A stretch of DNA of 64,000 nt. It comes from an uncultured candidate division Zixibacteria bacterium (lineage in GTDB: Bacteria > Zixibacteria > MSB-5A5 > UBA10806 > 4484-95). Within the stretch, counting starts at the first letter, position 1. Every line of letters starts with the position of its first letter. The stretch lies in NCBI GenBank assembly GCA_963668625.2, contig CAXXKA010000004.1, forward strand, positions 96,001 through 160,000, read 5' to 3'. Positions 19,741 through 28,848 of this stretch are shown here, one piece after another. The position numbers and the translations under genes are program-made. The notes beneath the pieces are model-generated. The model was not told the origin of the DNA, did not search any database, and saw nothing but the letters and a program-made list of their open reading frames with translations.

Positions 19741-22700
19741 TTATTTCCGTTTTTGCGGAATTATCATTTTTATTTTATTTTTTTCACTAAGATCATCTTT
19801 TAGGTCATCTTTTATTATTGGATAGGAGTTCAGCAGTACAGAATTTTCGCAGTTTGGCCAACTATATGGAGCTGATGCAGGCAAATCACCAGAAGTTGGC
19901 CATGAGGGATAGTAATTAGGGCAATAAGTAGGCGGATTTCCTCCTCTAAAGTAAGTAGTTAAATATGTTACATCAGATCCAATTACAGCACAATCACCGT
20001 TTATATCTCCTGATGCGTAAAATCCACCTAATAAACAAGCTTCAGTTGTTCCGCGAAAATAATTCACCAAATAAGTTACGTCAGCACCCAGTATGTTTGG
20101 CGGCCACGCGCCAGCGTACATACTAGCATCACCTGGAAGATAATCATATAGGATTGTGGTTGTATCCACTGTTACATTATCCAGATAAAACTTGTTAGTT
20201 GAATTAGTAGTCAAGTTTTTAGCTAATGATGTATAATCGTAAGTCTGCTTAAAACAGATAACAAAACTAGAATTTAAAGATATACCAAGGTCATCAGCTA
20301 ACCCCACGACATCAAGCTGAACATGTTGCCAGGAATTGCTAGGTTCGATCGTGTAAGCAAGATATAAACTATCCGCGGAGTTATCGGAGAAATAAATCTC
20401 TTCTTCATAAGGATAATTTGCTGGGGTATATTCGCATTTGTAATTAAAGCCCAGCGTTACTTTCGCCTGTTCGTTCAGGTTAATAAATAACCAGGATTGA
20501 TTCGTACTATTTTCAGTATGTTCTTCAGTATCTACAGAAAGACATCGATTTCCAGAGGGACTTTCATATTCTCGTTGAAAACGACCATGTGCCGAACTGC
20601 TTTTAAACATCCAGCAATCACCTATATCATCAGCTGTACTTGTTATTGCTTCGAAATCAACTGAATATGGAAATGCTGTGGGCTTAGGCAATGATGAACT
20701 ATTTGGTTCATCAACTATTTTAAACAAACCAGCAGCTAATGCTCTAACCGATTGGGAGCCACCATATACTTCTATGGATGTCCCGCCATACAAACTCGTT
20801 CCATCCTCGCTCAAGTAGCATTTCTCATCATCGAAAGCGGTTAGTACTTCATCATCACCATCACCATCAAAATCACCTACAACCATTTTCACAACATAGC
20901 GTTGACCTATATAAACGACTTGTGTGTTACCTTCACCAATACCTCCACCAAGATTCATTCCATCCTCACTCAGATAACATGTATTATCAAAAGCAGTTAT
21001 AACTTCATCATCACCATCACCATCAAAATCACCTACGGCAAATGCGCGGACTTCTTGTAGTGAACTGCTATTATAAGCAATTGGACTGCTGCCCAGATTA
21101 AAACCATCCTCACTCTTATAAATAATTTTTTCAGAAAATGCGGTCAAGACTTCATCATCGCCATCACCGTCAAAGTCACCTACGGCAAATTTATGAACAT
21201 ATTGTTGTCCATTGTATGCAATTGGGCTACTTCCAAGATTTAAACCATTGTCACTTAAATAACACAAATTATCAAAAGCTGTAATAACATCATCGTCGCC
21301 ATCGCCGTCAAAATCACCTATAGCGAATCCTTTTGTCATCTGTAAATTATTAAGGTCTTCAGTGATGTATGCAATCTGAGTATTTCCGCCTCCTCCAAGT
21401 TTGTATCCATCAGGGCTTTTATAGATTACGCCAACACTGAAAGCTGTTAAGACCTCATCAATACCATCACCATCGAAATCACCTGAAGCCATATTGACAA
21501 CGGACTGGTTACCGCTATAAACTCGCTTTGTAGATCCTCCACCATCAAGATAGAAGCCGTTATCGCTTAAATATATAAATTCATTATTAAAAACTGCAAT
21601 AACATCATCATCGTTATCGCCATCAAAATCTCCAGACACCATATGAGTAATATACTGCTTTTCCTCCGGCCAATCAGAACCGTATACTATATTGGTAGCT
21701 ATTCCACCACCAAGGAAATGGCCATTATCAGATATATAAGCCAAACTATTGAAAGCAGCAATTACATCTTCATTAACAAAAGGTTCGAATTGATCAGCAA
21801 AATATACAAACATATGTCCTCTATTGGCGCCGATATAAACGTTTGTATTAGTAGTATCTGTACTAACAGTAAGACTGAGCGCTTTATCCTGATATTCTGA
21901 AGTAGCGGTGCTGGGAACGGGAAGTTTTCCACAATCAACATAATTATGTGCATTGTTCATTACTCCAAGCCTGTCTCCGCTTGCAATATAAATATATCCA
22001 TCATTACCCTTTATTATATCGTTGATACTCCTTCCAAGATTTATAGCCATTATAGGAGTTGCTGTTAAAAAGCCAGAACTAATTATATCATCAACATTGT
22101 ATATACTCAAAGTATCGTGTTTTGACGTATAAAGTAAATTAGTTGAATGATCTAAAAAAAGCGAATTTAAAACATACTCCTCATTAAAAATAAGTGTGCC
22201 ACTATTCAAGTTATAAACAAATGAACGTGAGGGCCATCGACTGATCATAACTAAATATTTAACTTCACTAGCATCTTTATAAAATTCAAGATCATAGATT
22301 TCATCAACCCCTGGAACCTGCTTGATGTGGTCAATTTGGCCAGGGTTTAAAGCGCCAGCAGTATAAAATTTAATGATATAAGGATTATCTCCACTCGTTC
22401 CATCAGTTGATGAACCCGTCCCTATGTATATTGCGTGTTCTTCATCATCTACAGAAAAACATCGCACACGAACAAGAAATTCATCGGTAATGTCGGCTCC
22501 ATTTGTTTGAATCTTCAGATTCCTCTGTAATGGATTAGAATAGTCACTCGGCTCATATAAAGAATCAGTATTATCTATATGTACTCCGTATTCATAATCA
22601 GGCGAATAAATCCCTAAGGACAATTGAGGATAACACCCAAGATATGTATAATTGCCATAAGTGATCATCTCATCCGCGTTAGCGCATGCGCATGGGGCTA

Positions 22701-23904
22701 ACATTTCTACCGTGTCATCTGCTCCCGAACTATCATCGGCAATTGAGTGCTTTAAAAATGTAGCTCCGTATACGTTGACATCATCAGCTGCTATAGCGTT
22801 TATATCACAACCTATATCACTGGCAGCATTAAGATGGGGATACGGATTAATCGGATCAATGACTATTTCAACTGATCCGCTATCTGTATTATAACCTTTG
22901 AAACTCCAGACACTATCCCCGGAATTCTGGTAGAATACACCAATGTAATCAGTATCATTAGTATTAAAACTACAGTATCTACCATAAATCCCAGTTCCAC
23001 TTTCTACGAGTGTTGGAGGATTGGTAGACAAGTCAAACTTGCACCCCATCCTTGAAGTATACAAGTTATCTCCAAGTAGCGTCATGTAGGAGCCTGGCAG
23101 GATACTATTCCCAGGACCATAAAGATGCTGTATACTATGTGCAGGGAAATCAATTAAAATAGTGCCAATATTAGCTGTATCACCTGTGACTCCTCCACAG
23201 ACATATGTGTTATTTGCTTCAAGATAATATAAAAAGCCTGACCCAATATCCATAATTTGACTAGAGTCATTGGCAGGATTATACTCTAAGGCCTTTCCAC
23301 ATTCAGTTCCGCCATATATTTTGCCTCCTGGCCCGGTAGCCAAACACCTTAAATATTTGCAGGAGTCTCCTACGGCAAAACAACTAAATACATCGGAAAT
23401 CTCAAAATGAGATCCAGCTTTGTAACATTTAATTAGTAGTGCGTGTGGATATGTACCATAATATACATAATCGCCTGAAGCGGTAGCACTCCAAATATAT
23501 GTTTCATTTTTTAAATCCGGATGACTGGTCCATTCTATAACGTTTGTAATATCATTACTCGGATTATATTTAAAGACTCTTGTTTCTTCATTGCATGTAC
23601 CGCCATATATGATCCCAGCCTCATCCGAACAAAGATCCCAAATTACGGCCTTATTAAAATCATCTGCTATTTTATGGGAGTTCAACCTGTATAAACTTGA
23701 GTGATCGGCAGACAGTTTAAATTCAAATAAATAACCGTTTATAGTAGATCCTACTACAAACACGTCTTCAGATTCACTATAAGCAACTCCAGCTAATCCT
23801 GGAATTTCCTGCCCCAAACCTAAATCTTTCATAACAGTATCCCCAGAAACAAACTGCGATAATACAAACAAAAGTGAAATTGTCAAACAACATAAGCGTT
23901 TCAT
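19741..23904 (-). CDS. Large AT-rich secreted protein: beta-propeller region + FG-GAP/VCBS-like repeats + C-terminal variant dockerin
   Basis: Signal peptide; six GDFDGDxxD(E/D)VxxxF repeats; GDASMYAGAWPPNILGADVTYLVNYFRG..GDINGDCAVIGSDVTYL..SWPNCE. Confidence 0.75.
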   Translation of the reverse strand: MKRLCCLTISLLFVLSQFVSGDTVMKDLGLGQEIPGLAGVAYSESEDVFVVGSTINGYLFEFKLSADHSSLYRLNSHKIADDFNKAVIWDLCSDEAGIIYGGTCNEETRVFKYNPSNDITNVIEWTSHPDLKNETYIWSATASGDYVYYGTYPHALLIKCYKAGSHFEISDVFSCFAVGDSCKYLRCLATGPGGKIYGGTECGKALEYNPANDSSQIMDIGSGFLYYLEANNTYVCGGVTGDTANIGTILIDFPAHSIQHLYGPGNSILPGSYMTLLGDNLYTSRMGCKFDLSTNPPTLVESGTGIYGRYCSFNTNDTDYIGVFYQNSGDSVWSFKGYNTDSGSVEIVIDPINPYPHLNAASDIGCDINAIAADDVNVYGATFLKHSIADDSSGADDTVEMLAPCACANADEMITYGNYTYLGCYPQLSLGIYSPDYEYGVHIDNTDSLYEPSDYSNPLQRNLKIQTNGADITDEFLVRVRCFSVDDEEHAIYIGTGSSTDGTSGDNPYIIKFYTAGALNPGQIDHIKQVPGVDEIYDLEFYKDASEVKYLVMISRWPSRSFVYNLNSGTLIFNEEYVLNSLFLDHSTNLLYTSKHDTLSIYNVDDIISSGFLTATPIMAINLGRSINDIIKGNDGYIYIASGDRLGVMNNAHNYVDCGKLPVPSTATSEYQDKALSLTVSTDTTNTNVYIGANRGHMFVYFADQFEPFVNEDVIAAFNSLAYISDNGHFLGGGIATNIVYGSDWPEEKQYITHMVSGDFDGDNDDDVIAVFNNEFIYLSDNGFYLDGGGSTKRVYSGNQSVVNMASGDFDGDGIDEVLTAFSVGVIYKSPDGYKLGGGGNTQIAYITEDLNNLQMTKGFAIGDFDGDGDDDVITAFDNLCYLSDNGLNLGSSPIAYNGQQYVHKFAVGDFDGDGDDEVLTAFSEKIIYKSEDGFNLGSSPIAYNSSSLQEVRAFAVGDFDGDGDDEVITAFDNTCYLSEDGMNLGGGIGEGNTQVVYIGQRYVVKMVVGDFDGDGDDEVLTAFDDEKCYLSEDGTSLYGGTSIEVYGGSQSVRALAAGLFKIVDEPNSSSLPKPTAFPYSVDFEAITSTADDIGDCWMFKSSSAHGRFQREYESPSGNRCLSVDTEEHTENSTNQSWLFINLNEQAKVTLGFNYKCEYTPANYPYEEEIYFSDNSADSLYLAYTIEPSNSWQHVQLDVVGLADDLGISLNSSFVICFKQTYDYTSLAKNLTTNSTNKFYLDNVTVDTTTILYDYLPGDASMYAGAWPPNILGADVTYLVNYFRGTTEACLLGGFYASGDINGDCAVIGSDVTYLTTYFRGGNPPTYCPNYYPSWPTSGDLPASAPYSWPNCENSVLLNSYPIIKDDLKDDLSEKNKIKMIIPQKRK

Positions 23905-24123
23905 AACATACCTTTCTTTTAAACACTTCCTGAATGAGCGTTGAATTCACTCATCCATTTACTCGTTGTCAAATTATATAAACCAGTTGAATGGCTATAT
24001 ATCACATTAACATATATGTCAACACTTAAAACATGAGAAAATTATAATAAGTTGGAATCATAATTTATGGTTTGGTTTAATACTTTAAAAATAGTTTTAG
24101 AAATGATCATCTTAACCAAACAT

Positions 24124-24156
24124 AAAACGCCCCCGGGGGGCTATTGGGGGCGTTTT
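24124..24156 (-). terminator. Intrinsic terminator of the cohesin-like gene
   Basis: AAAACGCCCCC..GGGGGCGTTTT inverted repeat. Confidence 0.65.
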
Positions 24157-24229
24157 GCGGTCGAAATCATCTTCACTGTGGGATAGGGCAAAAGTTCGTT
24201 TCTCTCGCCTGAGTGTAGATGAGTTCTAA

Positions 24230-25090
24230 TTATTTTAACATTATCATTTTCTTGGTATCACTGAATTTATCAGCTTTTATAGTATAAAAATAAATACCCG
24301 AGGGTACCTTCTCGCCATCGTTATTGGCGCCGTTCCAATGTGCTTTATGAATACCGGCTTGCTGGTTTTCAGCAACGAGAGTTTTCACGTTCTGGCCCAG
24401 GATATTGTACACGCTTATATCGACATAACCCGCAGTAGGCAATTGATATTCGATATTGGTTTCCGGGTTGAACGGGTTCGGGTAGTTCTGGTTTATAGCA
24501 TATTCCGTAGGCAGAAGACCACTGTTATCATCGATATCAACCGCGCCATAACGGATATAACCGTCCGAGACTATCGGGGTGATATCTTCGTCGGTAGTGG
24601 TGGTCATCAAACCGAAATTAAGCGGCAGGCCATTGGGGCCCTCACCGATCGTTATCCATACTAGCTGTTCCTCGGCCTCAGCAGAGATATGGAACTCGAG
24701 CACGAGTTCTTGAACACGCGCGCCATCGGTAAATAATAAAGGCTCGCCCCCTTCACCACCTAAATCGTGAAAACCGACGAACCAGGTTAAATCATCACTA
24801 TGATAAACATCTTCCCAGTTTTCGAGCGTTGCGCCCCATGTAGCCGATATGCATGTAATGTTGCCATCAGTGCTAGCCCATTCGATCGGAATCATCACCG
24901 AAGCAATCGAGTCATCTGTGACAAAATATACCGGCACATCTACGTAAATATCACTTCCGGGGCTGTAATTAACATCAACACCGCTAAAAATAAGGCTATC
25001 CGGCATACCCGGATCATCGGGATCCTGGGCATAAACCAGGGCGGATAACATCATGAAAATCCCCACAATAACTAATAACGACCGCTTCAT
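24230..25090 (-). CDS. Secreted protein with cohesin-like domain and C-terminal FlgD-Ig/T9SS type A sorting-like domain
   Basis: Start MKRSLL after AGGAGGT; QNYPNPFNPETNIEY..VYNILGQ..SGIYFY..KKMIMLK tail; N-domain VDVPVYFVTDD..W..GFHD..PLL resembles the ORF9530 repeats. Confidence 0.75.
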   Translation of the reverse strand: MKRSLLVIVGIFMMLSALVYAQDPDDPGMPDSLIFSGVDVNYSPGSDIYVDVPVYFVTDDSIASVMIPIEWASTDGNITCISATWGATLENWEDVYHSDDLTWFVGFHDLGGEGGEPLLFTDGARVQELVLEFHISAEAEEQLVWITIGEGPNGLPLNFGLMTTTTDEDITPIVSDGYIRYGAVDIDDNSGLLPTEYAINQNYPNPFNPETNIEYQLPTAGYVDISVYNILGQNVKTLVAENQQAGIHKAHWNGANNDGEKVPSGIYFYTIKADKFSDTKKMIMLK

Positions 25091-25240
25091 CAAACTACCT
25101 CCTGAATTTATTCCCTGCAGTGTGCCCCAACAATTCACGAGTTAATACAAGTTTAAGCTAATTTTTCAAAGAAAATCCTTAACCATAAAATATACTATTT
25201 ATAGAGATTGTCAAGTCTTTTTTAACTTATTGTATGATAA

Positions 25241-26535
25241 GATCTTATCAAGGGAATTGTGTAAATTTGTAATGATTTTCAGATTTTCGGTTATCCAGCA
25301 CATAAGCGACTATTCCATAAACGATTCGATCAACACTTTTGGCATTAACAAATTTCCTGAACGGTTTTATCCTCCTTTGCAATTCCTCCAGATATCGCTC
25401 CAGAGGATTATTGGTCTTTATTTGAGTTCTTTCAGGTTCAGCATATTCTCGATAAATCAGTGTTCGATCAAAGCCGCGAATAAATGATCGAACAGCTTTA
25501 GGTTCTTTCAATCGCCATTTGGCCTTGAAAGCTTTCAATCGTGCCTTCAACTCTTTCTCCGTCTCGGCCTGATAGACCGCAGCAGCATCCCTGGTGATTC
25601 GGCTGCGGTTTTTACGTTCATCCAGATTCTGGCTGATATTCGACAGCTTGTGGAAGACACATTGCTGTGATTTCACCCGCGGATATAACCCGGCCAGAGC
25701 TTTAATCAGCCCCTTACCACCATCGTGAACAACAACCTCCAACAAATGACCGCGCAGACCTCGCTGCTTGAGATCCGACAGAAAGCCCCACCAGTAGGCC
25801 TCGCTCTCAGAGCCAGCCAGCATGAAGTCGATAAGCTCACGGCTGCCATCGTGACGGACACCGTAGGCCACAAGCAACACCTTCTTCACCTTAACCGGAG
25901 AGGTTATCTTCACCCATAAACCATCCAGATGAATAAAACGATAATCATCGCCCAAAGCCCGACAGTGGAAGCTGCCAACCTCATCGTTTAATGCCTTAAC
26001 TACGTTCGAGACAGCCTGGGCGCTGATGCTTTCACCATAGGCCCGCTTGAACATCCGTGCTGTCTTGCGGGTAGAATGACCAAGCAGAAAGCCCTCTAAA
26101 ATCAGCCGATCCAATAGCTGCGAACGCCGTTTGTGCTTCCGCAAGACACTCGACTCAAAGCTGCCATAACGCAGCCGGGGAACCTTTACCTCCTCTAACC
26201 AGCCGTATAAACTCAGCAAACCCCGACGGTAATAACCATTCCGATAATCCGCCCGCTCCTCACTCCGCTCATACTTTCCGCAGCCAACCGCTATCCTAAA
26301 CTCAACATTCAACATCCGTTCCAAATGACGGCGAGCATGCTTCAACACCACACCCCGAACATCCTCCTCCCAATAACTCTTGACTCCGGCAAATACATAA
26401 CCTACATTTTCATCAGCAAACCTAAGTGGTTTCACGGGTATATCCTCCTTGAAGATTAGCGTTTTCTGCTGGATATACCCGTAATTCTTTAATACATCAA
26501 TAAATACAAATTTACACAATTGAATTTACACTAAT
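25241..26535 (-). mobile_element. Complete IS256-family insertion sequence (1295 bp)
   Basis: 8 bp target duplication TATGATAA (25233-25240, 26536-26543); inner 17 bp perfect IR AATTGTGTAAATTTGTA (25255-25271 / 26505-26521). Confidence 0.92.
25248..26435 (-). CDS. IS256 (Mutator-type DDE) transposase
   Basis: YRNGYY, VPRLR, LDG, HDG, QQCVFHK, TNNPLERYLEE motifs; GTG start after AAGGAGG. Confidence 0.92.
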   Translation of the reverse strand: MKPLRFADENVGYVFAGVKSYWEEDVRGVVLKHARRHLERMLNVEFRIAVGCGKYERSEERADYRNGYYRRGLLSLYGWLEEVKVPRLRYGSFESSVLRKHKRRSQLLDRLILEGFLLGHSTRKTARMFKRAYGESISAQAVSNVVKALNDEVGSFHCRALGDDYRFIHLDGLWVKITSPVKVKKVLLVAYGVRHDGSRELIDFMLAGSESEAYWWGFLSDLKQRGLRGHLLEVVVHDGGKGLIKALAGLYPRVKSQQCVFHKLSNISQNLDERKNRSRITRDAAAVYQAETEKELKARLKAFKAKWRLKEPKAVRSFIRGFDRTLIYREYAEPERTQIKTNNPLERYLEELQRRIKPFRKFVNAKSVDRIVYGIVAYVLDNRKSENHYKFTQFP

Positions 26536-26665
26536 TATGATAAGGCTTTGCATCAATCAAATCGGCTATTTCATATAGGACAATACACTCCATTGAAATT
26601 GTATATTTTCGCTAAACAGCAGATGAAAAATATGCCGTTTCCACTGCTACCAATCGAGATACGAT

Positions 26666-27187
26666 AGTAAACTACCACCGCCCACATGACCGGTGGCTTT
26701 TATCCTGCAGGCTCATGCAGCCTATGCCATCCTGAACTTGATTCAGGATCGAGAGGTTGGGGAAGGTATATACTGGCTATAAAACCCCGATTTTGTAACC
26801 CTCCGTATTCTAAAAATTTCGTTTTGTCTCCCCTCCATATAAGCTACTTAATAATAATTGAGTTTAATGTTATAAAAAGAAAAGGCCGTACTGAATTACC
26901 TCCTCCTAGCTTGATGTAAAAGTCCTTGTCGGATGACGGTGGTGGCAGGAATCCATTCCTGACACCTGATTTCATGCGGCATGTCGCCGGGAAAGGATGA
27001 ACAAAGGACTTCGTCCGCCCAGCGACTCAAGTAAATGACTTTTTCAACAACCTCCTCCGAGATAATAACTGATAAAGGATAGTGCCGCTATTGAGAGAAT
27101 CAGTCGTAGCTGTTTATAATAATATTTTCTGCAAATGGTTCGCTTTAAACGCACACACCGTATAATCCAGTTGTTTTTAATATCAAT
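26666..27187 (-). repeat. Copy B of the ~380 bp dispersed non-coding element (contains MITE ~26907-27054)
   Basis: Reverse complement aligns with 2303-2936; includes the hairpin ATCCTGAACTTGATTCAGGAT. Confidence 0.85.
26907..27054. mobile_element. ~145 bp MITE-like insertion
   Basis: Imperfect IR TAGCTTGATGTAAAAGTC / GACTTTTTCAACAACCTC (14/18); direct repeat ACCTCCTCC at 26898-26906 and 27050-27058; absent from copy A. Confidence 0.7.
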
Positions 27188-27190
27188 CAC

Positions 27191-27220
27191 AAAAAAATCC
27201 CCACTATGGCGGGGATTTTC
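27191..27220 (-). terminator. Intrinsic terminator of the sigma54 activator gene
   Basis: AAAAAAATCCCC-ACTATGGC-GGGGATTTT. Confidence 0.7.
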
Positions 27221-27245
27221 AATCACTAAAGATATGTAAATCAGA

Positions 27246-28625
27246 TCAATAAGAATCGCTGTTTTTCTTTTGCAAGCCGTACTTTTTCAATTTCTCGAAA
27301 AGCGTCGTATAATCGACTTTAAGTATCTCGGCGGCTTTGCGCTTATTACCGTTTGTCTGGGTAAGTACGCGCTTTATCATACCTGCCTCGGCTTTGGCCT
27401 GCGCCTGGGCGGCAACCTCTTTAAGGCCGGCGCCTTCCCGCAAACGGATATCATCGGCTGAGGGCAGCCTTATCGCCAGATGTTCAGGCGTAATGGTTTT
27501 GCCTGTACAAAGGATTATGGCGCGCTCGATCGTATTCTCGAGTTCCCTGACATTGCCCGGCCAATGGTATTTTTCCAACAAAGCTTGAGAATCTTTGGAT
27601 AGATTTTTTTGCGGCTTGTTCATTTCTCTACAGTATTTCTCCGTAAAATAACTCGCCAGTAACAGCACATCATCGCGACGGTCGCGCAGGGGCGGCAGGG
27701 TGATCGGAAACACCGATAGCCGATAGTACAAATCCTCCCTGAAAGTGCCTTTAGCCGAGGCCTCCTTGATATCGACATTCGAAGCTACCACGACCCGCAC
27801 GTCAACATCGATGACTTTGGTACCACCGAGGCGCTCGAAATTTTTCTCCTGTAGTACACGCAGAAGTTTTGCCTGAAGGGACATATCCATATCGCCTATC
27901 TCATCGAGGAATATAGTGCCGCCGTTGGCAATCTCGAATTTGCCGATCTTACGGGCTACTGCCCCGGTGAAAGCGCCTTTTTCCGAGCCGAACAGTTCGT
28001 TTTCCAGAAGCTCCCTGGGAATGGCCGCACAGTTAATCGCTACGAACGCGCCGTTCGAGCGGTTGGATACGTTATGTATCGCACGGGCAAACAGCTCCTT
28101 ACCCGTACCAGATTCACCCAGGAGTAAAACAGTGGTATCGGAGGGGGCGACCTTTTTCACCAGGTCCATCGACTCGTTTATTTGAGGCGAATTACCGATG
28201 ATTTTCTTTATGCCTAAACTGTTGGCCAGTTCCTCGCGCAGGATAGTATTCTCGGCCACCAACCTGCGATTCTCCAGAGCGCGCTTGATAATCACCGAGA
28301 GATGATCGGTATCGAACGGCTTGGTAAGGAAATCGTACGCGCCTAAACGCATAGCCTCGACTGCTGTCTCGATCGTACCATAAGCAGTCATCAAAATAAC
28401 AGAGGTGTCAGGGTCCGCCTCTTTGACCTCGGAGAGTACTCCCATGCCATCCACTTTGGGTAATTTCAGATCGGTTAACACCAGATCGTATTTCTTACTT
28501 TTAGCACGCTCTACTCCACTCTGGCCATCCGAGGCCGTGTCTACCTCGTACCCCTCAGACTCCAGAGTAGCTGAGAGCATTTTTTGCATGCTGTCTTTAT
28601 CCTCGATAACTAAAATTGATGGCAT
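27246..28625 (-). CDS. NtrC/AtoC-family sigma54-dependent response regulator (REC-AAA+-HTH)
   Basis: REC domain, GESGTGKE, GAFTGA, FLDEIG, WPGNVRELEN, Fis-type HTH. Confidence 0.95.
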   Translation of the reverse strand: MPSILVIEDKDSMQKMLSATLESEGYEVDTASDGQSGVERAKSKKYDLVLTDLKLPKVDGMGVLSEVKEADPDTSVILMTAYGTIETAVEAMRLGAYDFLTKPFDTDHLSVIIKRALENRRLVAENTILREELANSLGIKKIIGNSPQINESMDLVKKVAPSDTTVLLLGESGTGKELFARAIHNVSNRSNGAFVAINCAAIPRELLENELFGSEKGAFTGAVARKIGKFEIANGGTIFLDEIGDMDMSLQAKLLRVLQEKNFERLGGTKVIDVDVRVVVASNVDIKEASAKGTFREDLYYRLSVFPITLPPLRDRRDDVLLLASYFTEKYCREMNKPQKNLSKDSQALLEKYHWPGNVRELENTIERAIILCTGKTITPEHLAIRLPSADDIRLREGAGLKEVAAQAQAKAEAGMIKRVLTQTNGNKRKAAEILKVDYTTLFEKLKKYGLQKKNSDSY

Positions 28626-28662
28626 ATCTCACCTCTTCTATATTGGATTTGTCCTATAGTGA

Positions 28663-28689
28663 GTATCGGCAATATATTGGGCCGCTTGA
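28663..28689 (-). promoter_or_regulatory. Putative sigma28 (FliA/SigD-type) promoter
   Basis: TCAA-N15-GCCGATAC about 40 bp upstream of the start codon. Confidence 0.6.
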
Positions 28690-28848
28690 GATAGAGCCTA
28701 CGGTTTGCATGTTCTGCAAGGCAATTACTGCAGGTGGCAGGTGGACATCGTCCTTTTTTCATCCTTTCCTGCAGGATTGTTGAAAAAATTCTAATAGAAC
28801 GCCTGCGGTGTCGGGAATCCTTTCCTGATACCTGATTTCATGCATCGC

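Noticed and set aside
20778-21002. ORF with a poly-His run
   Set aside because: Antisense shadow of the GATGGTGATGGTGATGAT codons of the FG-GAP repeats.
26686-26919. 77 aa ORF containing CHPELDSGS
   Set aside because: Translation of a REP-like palindrome inside repeat copy B; not a credible gene.
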